31,699 nucleotides of DNA, from the NCBI GenBank assembly GCA_964590575.1, contig CAZPWM010000033.1, positions 1 to 31,699 of the forward strand, written 5' to 3'. The notes under the pieces are model-generated. The model searched no databases. It was given only the letters and a program-made list of their open reading frames with translations, and was not told the origin of the DNA. Below are positions 8,437-16,035 of this stretch, piece by piece. The position numbers were made by a program, and so were the translations under genes. Source of the DNA: an uncultured archaeon. GTDB lineage: Archaea > Asgardarchaeota > Thorarchaeia > Thorarchaeales > Thorarchaeaceae. Numbering within the stretch: position 1 is the stretch's first letter; every line of letters begins with the position of its first letter.

Positions 8437-10050
8437 TTACTTCTTCTTCTTCTTGACGGTCTTCTTTACGACCTTTCGAGCTTCTGTTAGAATCTTCTCT
8501 GCACGAGCTTCACTGAGCCCATCTATCTTCTGGGCTAGTCTCTGCGCGGATTCACCAGCCAATTGAGCGGCGGACTCGTACCCCGCCGCATTCAGCTTTT
8601 TCTCTAAACTTGTACCAATGCCAGGGACTCTTCGAAGGGGAAGCATATCTCTGAATTCATCTCCGAGAATATCATCCATGTCACTATCGCTGAGATCGGC
8701 CCCTGCATCGATGATATGAATCTGGCTTCGTATCGATGCAAAATCATCAGCACCAACAAAGGCATCGACAGTCTTCTTCACCTGACGCTCATCAAAATTG
8801 AAGTCGAGATCCTCCATCTCAATCTCTCGACCGAGAGTTGTTGGCAAAGGTCCAGTTAAATAGAGGGCACTGAGGGAGAGTAGGATAGCCACCTGACCCC
8901 CAACTGAGGGCAGCCAACTTGGAGCATCAAATGTTATTCCTAACAATTCTATATTGAGTTCTAATGCCCAAAAAAGTGTCATATATCCAAGGAAGAAGAA
9001 CCAATAAAGTGAGAGTCTGAACCCCTTAGTTTTCACAGCACCGAGTTCAGGCCATATGAGGAGTAGACACAAACCAAGTAAGTATCCCTCCACAAATCTT
9101 TCAGAAATTAGGAGAGTTGACAAATTGCCTGTCTCATATAAGGTAGAACCGAAGATAGTCAATAGACCAATCAAGAGAATTACGAATCTAAATGCGGTCT
9201 TTCTTCCAAGGCGATCAGCCATGATGCCAGCAAGAACAATTGCTGCAACAAATGGTACCATCTCAATAAATCCAATATTGACCGTTTGACTAAGGGAAAC
9301 AAATGAAGGATATAAGGGACTTTGACTTAGTTCTTGTTTAGTGACAGTGTACCACAGAAGATGAGCTCCTAAAACAAACGTCACGGGAATGAAATATTTG
9401 AATGAGCTACCAGCCACTGTAAGAGATGCACGTGCCACTTTCCATGGTCTGAAAGCTGCTGAAATCACTACTGCAATTAATGAAGTAAGAGCTGGGAAAG
9501 TAATGGTATTCAAAAGAACTGCGAGTACATTAAGACTATCGAGATATGTAAAGATAGTATAAACAATAACAGCTACAGCAAGGAAGGTAGATACAGTCCT
9601 TCCACGAAAACGAAGAACGACACTCTGATTGATTCGAGCAGACCATGATATCAACATCAAAGAAAGACAACCAAAAGTGCTCGTAGAAAGTAGTAGCGGA
9701 TATACTTCCGAAAATCCGGGAATGATTTCTAGAACACTTAGAATTCCCACAAGACTCGGCAATAGCGCAGCTAAATACATCAGAAGGTCATGTTTTCGTA
9801 TTCGGTCAACGAGCAGACCCGAAAGAGGCAAGGCAATGGTAGCAGTAAGAGCGCCATAACCCAAAAGCCCGAGATGCTCGGGCAATGTCAGACCATCAAA
9901 AGCAAACAGAGACCCTGACAAGAGACCGGTGATGACATAGATGGAGAATGCCATCGGGACAGCCAGCAATACATAGATGACCATAGTCTTTAATGGAAAT
10001 TCTCGATACTCCAACAAATCCTTGTCCACCTTTCTAGATTTGCGGTTCAT
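8437..10050 (-). CDS. MFS-fold membrane protein fused to C-terminal helix-hairpin-helix (RadA-N-terminal/HHH_5-like) domain
   Basis: About 12 hydrophobic segments; MFS motif A GIMADRLGRK and a weaker SGLLVDRIRK; RFRGR loop; acidic linker; LRRVPGIGTSLEKKLNAAGYESAAQLA...IDGLSEARAEKIL; Lys-rich tail. Confidence 0.8.
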   Translation of the reverse strand: MNRKSRKVDKDLLEYREFPLKTMVIYVLLAVPMAFSIYVITGLLSGSLFAFDGLTLPEHLGLLGYGALTATIALPLSGLLVDRIRKHDLLMYLAALLPSLVGILSVLEIIPGFSEVYPLLLSTSTFGCLSLMLISWSARINQSVVLRFRGRTVSTFLAVAVIVYTIFTYLDSLNVLAVLLNTITFPALTSLIAVVISAAFRPWKVARASLTVAGSSFKYFIPVTFVLGAHLLWYTVTKQELSQSPLYPSFVSLSQTVNIGFIEMVPFVAAIVLAGIMADRLGRKTAFRFVILLIGLLTIFGSTLYETGNLSTLLISERFVEGYLLGLCLLLIWPELGAVKTKGFRLSLYWFFFLGYMTLFWALELNIELLGITFDAPSWLPSVGGQVAILLSLSALYLTGPLPTTLGREIEMEDLDFNFDERQVKKTVDAFVGADDFASIRSQIHIIDAGADLSDSDMDDILGDEFRDMLPLRRVPGIGTSLEKKLNAAGYESAAQLAGESAQRLAQKIDGLSEARAEKILTEARKVVKKTVKKKKK

Positions 10051-10138
10051 CGACTCGTTATGGATGTTTCGGGCGAGAACGCAAATTCATAGGCGATATC
10101 TTAAAGACTATTCAGAATCTGCACAAGCGTAGGAGAGT

Positions 10139-11047
10139 ATGCGTTTGGTTGATAAACTCGGTGTTCATGAGTTCATGGTCCTGACGAGTGGTGGAACTCC
10201 TATTTTCCACTTTTCCAACACTAAAACAAGAAAGTTGGATGAGTTACTATCTGGCTTTCTAAGTGCTATAACCAGCTTTGCAACCGAGTTTGGGGAAAAA
10301 TCAGTTCAGAGTCTATCATTCGAAGGCTCTGAGCTTCTCTATGAACCGTATGGGACTGACTATCTCTTCATCTTCCTAGTCGAATCAGGGTCATCAGAGA
10401 AGGTATTGCGAGTGGTGTTGAGAGAGCTGAGTAAGAGGTTTATTTCCCGATATCAGAGTGAACTGAAAATGGCCATCCCTGTTCTTGATGTATTCATGGA
10501 TTTCGAGAGTGATGTTCGAGGAGTATTCTCGTACTATGAGGGTATCTTAGTCATCATGTCCAGCCTGAGTGCGTTTGTAATCCCACAGGTTAAGAAAGAA
10601 AATTTGGACATTGTAATCAGATCCGGAGGATTTCTTGACGAGTTTCATAGAGATCTTGGTAACTCAGGTAATCGTGTTCTATCAGCAATTGATGGAAAGA
10701 CATCCATATATGACATTAGTAGAAAACTCGGACTATCTGAAACGGACATTTCTGATGTTGTCGAATATCTATCAATTAGAGGATTGCTCAGAGTTTCAAA
10801 ATTATGTCCATTGATAAAAGAAAAGGACGAACGATTTGATGCGTATCTCGACCTGATTGGCATACCCAGCAAAGATTATCAATTACTTGAACGTGCAAAA
10901 TCTCTTTGTAACGGCGACCGTCCTCTCGTGGATATCAGCGAACGGCTCGGCGTTGTTCCAGAACAACTGTATGAGGTTCTGGAAAAGCTTGGCGATGAGG
11001 TCGAGTGGAAGCTTATTGAAGTAACGGGTTTAGTGGGAGAATCATAA
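10139..11047 (+). CDS. Longin-domain protein with two C-terminal winged-helix domains
   Basis: Longin signature FMVLTSGGTPIFHF..DELLSGFLSAITSFATE...LRELSKRFISRY...F.DF; wHTH-like VLSAIDGKTSIYDISRKLGLS...YLSIRGLL and LCNGDRPLVDISERLG; SD GGAG upstream. Confidence 0.8.
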   Translation: MRLVDKLGVHEFMVLTSGGTPIFHFSNTKTRKLDELLSGFLSAITSFATEFGEKSVQSLSFEGSELLYEPYGTDYLFIFLVESGSSEKVLRVVLRELSKRFISRYQSELKMAIPVLDVFMDFESDVRGVFSYYEGILVIMSSLSAFVIPQVKKENLDIVIRSGGFLDEFHRDLGNSGNRVLSAIDGKTSIYDISRKLGLSETDISDVVEYLSIRGLLRVSKLCPLIKEKDERFDAYLDLIGIPSKDYQLLERAKSLCNGDRPLVDISERLGVVPEQLYEVLEKLGDEVEWKLIEVTGLVGES

Positions 11048-11077
11048 GCTTCCTGTAAATTCAGGCTCTTTCTGACA

Positions 11078-11089
11078 AAGGTATTAAGT
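11078..11089 (+). promoter_or_regulatory. Putative BRE/TATA promoter for the second longin gene + MinD
   Basis: AAAGGTATTAAG about 50 nt upstream of the TTG start; SD AGGAGG at 11124-11129. Confidence 0.4.
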
Positions 11090-11137
11090 GCCTTTGCGCT
11101 AAACTTCGAACAGCCGTCCAGTTAGGAGGCCAGCCAC

Positions 11138-12415
11138 TTGGTAAAAGAAATCATTGTACTCCGTGAAACTGGTATTCTTCTCTTCCACTATAGTATGAGT
11201 GGAACTCGGAGACTTGATGAGCTGGCGGCCGCATTTCTTTCTGCAGTAGGTTCATTCGCACAGGAAGTAAGTCAAGACAAAATCACAGTCATGTCGTTTT
11301 CAACAAACAAGTTGGTGTGGGAGCGTAAGGGAGATCTCTACTTCATAGCCTTGGTGTCAGAGGAGGATAGTGGAGAGATTCATCGTGTTATCCTTCAAGA
11401 TCTTGCAGAGCAATTTGTGAGTATGTACTACTCAGACCTCAGGAGGGAACTACCGGATTCTAAGAAATTTAGATCATTTGCAGATGTTATTGAAGTAACA
11501 CTGCAAAAGTTTGATGGAATTCCGGGGCTTGCTCGACGCTACAAGACCATACTATTACCAGCCCAAGACCTCAATACATTGAAACGGGTTCTGTCAGAGG
11601 TCGAGGTTAACCGAAACATCCTAAGAGGCGGGATGGTCACCCCAGATGGGTACGTTGCAGTTTCAAACCTAAGAGCGTATGAACTTGAAACAGTATTGGA
11701 CTTCTTACCAACGGTAAGAGAAAAAGTGATGATGAAAGAACACTCAAGTCTGGAAAAGGGTTCTGCAATTCTGTTTGTACAAATACCAAAGAAGGGTGTA
11801 TCTGCATTTGTAGTGAAACTGGGAATGTCAGAGAAGACATACCTGGACCTCATCAATCCGTTCACATCACTGCTTCAGCTAACAAGCTTTGAAAATGCAA
11901 GAAAGTTTGAACCCGATAAAGTCGAAGGTCCAATCTCATTCTATGATTTTGATGCAGTAGAAGCAGCAGTTCCGATTGAAGATATACGACGGGAAACAAA
12001 GATGTCACTCTCTGCGTTCTCAGAGAGTATTCAATCTGGAGCTCTTCGACTTGTGAACGCCATCGATTTGACAACCACGGTTTCCGAGGTTGTGGAAGCA
12101 AGCGGTCTAATTCGAGAGCAGGCTGATGAGGTTCTTGCTCAACTAATTGCAAAAGGGGTAGTTAGAATTTCGAAGTTGTTCCCATCAATGGAAGACCGAG
12201 ATGAGAGATTTGTTGCATACCTAGAAGTAATAGGAATTAAGAAAAGAGACTTTGATGTTGTCGAGTCCATCTGGAAATACTGCAACGGTAGCCTCTCGCT
12301 TCGGGAGATTTCAGAAAGATCAGATATCCCAACGCAACGGATACTGGAAGTCCTCAGGGCTCTTGGAAATCATGTTCAATGGTTAAAACAAAGGGTGCTT
12401 AGTCATGTCAGGTAA
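11138..12415 (+). CDS. Longin + roadblock/profilin-like + two winged-helix domain protein (paralog of 10139..11047)
   Basis: Longin IIVLRETGILLFHYS..LDELAAAFLSAVGSFAQE...LQDLAEQFVSMY; roadblock-like middle ILRGGMVTPDGYVAVSNL; C-terminal block SKLFP..DERFVAYL..IGI...CNG...ISER...EVL..LG..V.W shared with the upstream gene. Confidence 0.78.
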   Translation: MVKEIIVLRETGILLFHYSMSGTRRLDELAAAFLSAVGSFAQEVSQDKITVMSFSTNKLVWERKGDLYFIALVSEEDSGEIHRVILQDLAEQFVSMYYSDLRRELPDSKKFRSFADVIEVTLQKFDGIPGLARRYKTILLPAQDLNTLKRVLSEVEVNRNILRGGMVTPDGYVAVSNLRAYELETVLDFLPTVREKVMMKEHSSLEKGSAILFVQIPKKGVSAFVVKLGMSEKTYLDLINPFTSLLQLTSFENARKFEPDKVEGPISFYDFDAVEAAVPIEDIRRETKMSLSAFSESIQSGALRLVNAIDLTTTVSEVVEASGLIREQADEVLAQLIAKGVVRISKLFPSMEDRDERFVAYLEVIGIKKRDFDVVESIWKYCNGSLSLREISERSDIPTQRILEVLRALGNHVQWLKQRVLSHVR

Positions 12416-13157
12416 AATAGTTTCAATTCATAGCTTTAGGGGTGGTACTGGAAAGTCAAACATCGCTGCGAATCTTGCTGCTGCTGTTGCATTGGATGGC
12501 AAACGAGTAGCTGTCATGGACACGGACTTGGCATCACCTGGTATTCACGTCATTTTTGGATTAGGCCGGGAAAAACTGAAGTACACCCTCAATGATTACC
12601 TTAGAGGTTCCTGTGACATTACTGATGCATGCGTGGATCTGACTGAAAGATTAGGTTTCAAGAGAGGGAAGTTGTTCCTCATCCCAAGCTCAATGGCAGC
12701 TACTGACATCACTAGAATTCTTAGAGAAGGGTACGAAGTTGGAGATCTGAAGAAAGGATTCACAGATGTTATCAAGAAGAAAGATCTTGATTATCTTATC
12801 ATTGATACGCACCCTGGACTCGATCGAGAAACATTGCTATCAATGGCAACGGCGGATTATCTTTTTGTAGTGGCAAGAATCGATGAACAGGATCTACTAG
12901 GAACCGCAGCAACACTCAGTGTTGCCAGGAAACTACGGGTCCCAGACATCCGCATAATTATCAACAAGAAACCGGGAATATACGAGAACAAAGCCATCAT
13001 AAAAGAGGTAGAGCAGAAGTTTAAAACTACGGTGGCAACGATTATTCCACTCCTTCCTCTTTTGATTGAAGCTGGAAGTCGATATGTAGTAACACTTAGA
13101 CATCCAGATAGTGAGTTCACCAAAAACATTGATGAGATTTACCGATTAATGAAATAG
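12405..13157 (+). CDS. MinD/ParA-family (SIMIBI) ATPase with RGGTGKS deviant Walker A
   Basis: KIVSIHSFRGGTGKS; RVAVMDTDLASPG; DYLIIDTHPG; IINK. The start overlaps the upstream stop by 11 nt. Confidence 0.9.
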   Translation: MSGKIVSIHSFRGGTGKSNIAANLAAAVALDGKRVAVMDTDLASPGIHVIFGLGREKLKYTLNDYLRGSCDITDACVDLTERLGFKRGKLFLIPSSMAATDITRILREGYEVGDLKKGFTDVIKKKDLDYLIIDTHPGLDRETLLSMATADYLFVVARIDEQDLLGTAATLSVARKLRVPDIRIIINKKPGIYENKAIIKEVEQKFKTTVATIIPLLPLLIEAGSRYVVTLRHPDSEFTKNIDEIYRLMK

Positions 13158-13172
13158 GAAAAGACGCCCATT

Positions 13173-13289
13173 CTATACTATGATTCGTGGTATGTAGATT
13201 ATAGCAAGTGCAAGTAGAAGAAGAATCAAGCAAACTACAAGTACTAATGGCAATAGGATATCTGATGATGTGTCTTCATCGACTGTCAA
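13173..13289 (-). CDS. 38-aa single-pass membrane microprotein (not in ORF track)
   Basis: TTG start at 13289, SD AGGAGTGA 6 nt upstream (13296-13303), TAG stop. Translation MTVDEDTSSDILLPLVLVVCLILLLLALAIIYIPRIIV*. Confidence 0.6.
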   Translation of the reverse strand: MTVDEDTSSDILLPLVLVVCLILLLLALAIIYIPRIIV

Positions 13290-13400
13290 ACTGTTTCACT
13301 CCTATAATATAATGATGTTACACTATATCAAATTGGTCCTAAACAAAACACTTCTAACTAGATTTGTTTGAAACCCGAGTTATCCGGAGGAACTACAAGA

Positions 13401-13850
13401 ATGGACATCGATGTGAGATTAGCTAACGCTCAAGACAGGTCACTAATCGAGGAGTTCTACGTCAGAGAAGGAATGAATTTCCAGCAATTGATTCAACATG
13501 CAAGGTCCACTCCGGTAGGTGTGAGCAGCGAAACCATGTTCGTCGTAGCTGTCACTAAAGGTATGGTCGTTGCAGCTTTGAAGCTAGATATTGCAAAAGA
13601 TCCAGCTTTAGGTCGTGTAGGTTTCATTAGATACTTTGAGATAGAAGATGCACTTGAGAACACGGACCTCGGAGCAAAAATGCTCGAAAAAACAAGTGAG
13701 ATTGCTGAAGACAAAGGTTTGCGAGCTCTGGATGCGGTCTTTGATGTTGAAAGAGCAGACCTTTTTGACCTCTACACAGAATCGAACTATAGAGAAGAGC
13801 GGAAGGAAGTCTGCCTTCGAAAAGATTTCCGTCCGGGTGTCTTTGAATGA
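13401..13850 (+). CDS. GNAT-family N-acetyltransferase-like protein (start re-assigned to ATG 13401)
   Basis: DVRLANAQD start; FVVAV..GMVVA; FEIEDALENTDLGAKMLEK (degenerate acetyl-CoA motif A); LY...NY; SD GGAGG at 13386-13390. Confidence 0.7.
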   Translation: MDIDVRLANAQDRSLIEEFYVREGMNFQQLIQHARSTPVGVSSETMFVVAVTKGMVVAALKLDIAKDPALGRVGFIRYFEIEDALENTDLGAKMLEKTSEIAEDKGLRALDAVFDVERADLFDLYTESNYREERKEVCLRKDFRPGVFE

Positions 13851-13856
13851 TTGTGT

Positions 13857-15677
13857 TCATGAACCTGTTGAACTTAATCCAAGTTTCTTGATGGTTTCTT
13901 TTGTAGGGACACCATCTTTCGACCAACCTCTAAGTTCATAGTATTTGTCTAGAGATTTCTCAAAGTCATTTTGGTCAATGAAGGACTTCATGCCTTTTGA
14001 GGGGCCAACAGTGTCAGGTTCCCAGAAACGGGGAGGTAGTATGTCATCGTTTCGTGTCACGCCTTCGTTGATATTGAATAGCCGGATGAGAGTCTCAACT
14101 CGCTGACCAAATGTGGAAACGCTCTCATCATCATATTTTATTCCTGTGCCACTATTGAATGACTGAATCTTCTCATCCCTTGTCAAGGGGAAATGCCATG
14201 TAAAATGACAAAATATGAGTGAGTCAGTGAATATCTTTGTGTCACGTTCATTGACCATTGATTCAATCACATCTAAGGCAGATGCATCGGGTTTTTCTGA
14301 CGTTTGTGGCCAGCCTCGTAGATGACTTGATCCAACATCAGCTGTTGCATATGAGAGACCGAGACCTCTCTTTCCTCGAGGATCCCAGGCGGGAGTTTCC
14401 ATACCCTTGACGTGAACTGCAAGTTTTTCGGAACCACGTCCAATCTCTTCAGCAGCTTTTCGAACACCCTTTGCTAATACTTTCCCAATTCCTTCCTTGG
14501 TCGCAATCATTCTCATCAATTTGAGTGCAGCTTCTCCATCACCAAATCTAACGGGAAAACCTATTTCACGCTCTTCAAGAATTCCACTCTCGAAAGCATC
14601 CATCGCGAACCCGATTGCAGCACCTGTACTAATCGTGTCTAAACCAAGATCATCAGCCAGATAGGCTAACTGGAACACCGTTTGGGCATCACTGATCCCA
14701 AGGTTTCCTCCACATAACCCAAATGTTTCATACTCAGGAGTAGATTCAACTTCGACACCAGGATTGCTTGGGTCTTCTGTCTTGTACGAGTGAGTGCATC
14801 GAATTATGCAGTGGGGACACGACAGGTGATTCCCTGTAATCCACTGCTCCATCTCGTCAGGAGTCAGTGACTCGTATTCCTCAAAGTATGAGTTCTGCCA
14901 ATTCCTAGTAGGAAATTGACCCCTTTGATTTGCGACTTCTACTAATGTGGCAGTACCATAGTCCCTGAAATCATAGTCTGTTTTATCATTCCACTTCTTA
15001 GTAACAGCTTTTCTAATCGCACCAAAGGTACCTGGATCTGCTGTGGTCATTTTCTTTGTGCCTTTTACTACCAATCCCTTGAGATTCTTTGACCCAAGGA
15101 CAGCACCAGCACCACCACGACCAGTTTGATGGGCAAGTTCACAACAACCAGTTGCTGAAAGAACCAAATTCTCACCAGCTGGGCCGATTACGTATACAGC
15201 CGAGTTCTTGGGAGCGCTCTCATGGAGGAGTCGCGTGGCCTCTTGCGTACCTTTGCCCCAAAGTTTCTTTGCATCATTGAAAGTAACTTTATCGTCTTCA
15301 ATGAGAATCGTAACAGGTTTGTCAGATTTGCCTGTGACAGCTATTGCGTCATATCCTGCGTTCTTTATCTCCCGACCCAAAGGACCTCCCGAGTGACTGT
15401 CCAAGAATAATCCAGTCAATGGAGATTTAGTGACAAGTGTCCATCGGCCTATCATAACTGCAGGTAGACCCTGAAGTGGCCCAGTCATGAAAAAGAGTAT
15501 GTTTTCTGGACTGAGAGGATCAACTCCAGCTTCAAGCTCACGATAGAGTAAGTAAGCACCTAGACCCTTCCCTCCTACGAAGTCTTCATAGACCTTAGGA
15601 ACCAGTTCTTCTACTCTAGTAGTCTTACTCGTCAAATTTATCCATAGGATTTTTCCAGTCCAGCCTTTGTACTTCAT
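13857..15677 (-). CDS. aor: Tungsten-dependent aldehyde:ferredoxin oxidoreductase family protein
   Basis: GWTGKILWINLT; TKSPLTG..DSHSGG; IGPAGEN; GRGGAGAVLGSKNLK; CPHCIIRC; EYET; DDLGLDTIS; HVKGME.P.WDPR; DSLIFC; YYELRGW..GVPT. Confidence 0.93.
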   Translation of the reverse strand: MKYKGWTGKILWINLTSKTTRVEELVPKVYEDFVGGKGLGAYLLYRELEAGVDPLSPENILFFMTGPLQGLPAVMIGRWTLVTKSPLTGLFLDSHSGGPLGREIKNAGYDAIAVTGKSDKPVTILIEDDKVTFNDAKKLWGKGTQEATRLLHESAPKNSAVYVIGPAGENLVLSATGCCELAHQTGRGGAGAVLGSKNLKGLVVKGTKKMTTADPGTFGAIRKAVTKKWNDKTDYDFRDYGTATLVEVANQRGQFPTRNWQNSYFEEYESLTPDEMEQWITGNHLSCPHCIIRCTHSYKTEDPSNPGVEVESTPEYETFGLCGGNLGISDAQTVFQLAYLADDLGLDTISTGAAIGFAMDAFESGILEEREIGFPVRFGDGEAALKLMRMIATKEGIGKVLAKGVRKAAEEIGRGSEKLAVHVKGMETPAWDPRGKRGLGLSYATADVGSSHLRGWPQTSEKPDASALDVIESMVNERDTKIFTDSLIFCHFTWHFPLTRDEKIQSFNSGTGIKYDDESVSTFGQRVETLIRLFNINEGVTRNDDILPPRFWEPDTVGPSKGMKSFIDQNDFEKSLDKYYELRGWSKDGVPTKETIKKLGLSSTGS

Positions 15678-15707
15678 TGTATTCCACTCAAACGGGTTTC
15701 AAGCAGA

Positions 15708-15857
15708 TCAGTCAATCTGAACCTTTGTGATTGTCTCTAGATCGATATCCCTGAGGTTTGACACTATCGCAATCAAAACACCACTAATGACATTGGCTAC
15801 GAAGTCATTCATATGAATTTCTTTTCCTTTAACATACAGCACGAAATCTGAAGTCAT
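15708..15857 (-). CDS. 49-aa protein resembling the C-terminal domain of archaeal MobB (not in ORF track)
   Basis: ATG at 15857 with SD GGAGGT (15864-15869). Translation MTSDFVLYVKGKEIHMNDFVANVISGVLIAIVSNLRDIDLETITKVQID*. It ends 30 nt before the aor start. Confidence 0.7.
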   Translation of the reverse strand: MTSDFVLYVKGKEIHMNDFVANVISGVLIAIVSNLRDIDLETITKVQID

Positions 15858-16035
15858 GAATCGACCTCCATCAATGAGACAAGTCTGTTGTACATATTAA
15901 ATGTTACAGAAGCAACCATGTTCAGGAATTCTTATAGTGGATTTCACGACTGGAGCCGAGTCCGATATGCATTTATACCCCTCATCTTCGTTTCATGCGA
16001 CCGATGGTGACAATCACCAAGTGAGGAATTCAGAT

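Noticed and set aside
12405-13157. Calling the ATPase a cell-division MinD or chromosome-partition ParA/SegA
   Set aside because: No MinC/MinE, ParB or SegB neighbour, no membrane-targeting helix, and an atypical Walker A; left at family level.
15901-16035. 45-aa N-terminal extension of the 690-aa ORF in the ORF track
   Set aside because: It overlaps the divergent promoter region, and a better SD-supported ATG is at 16036.
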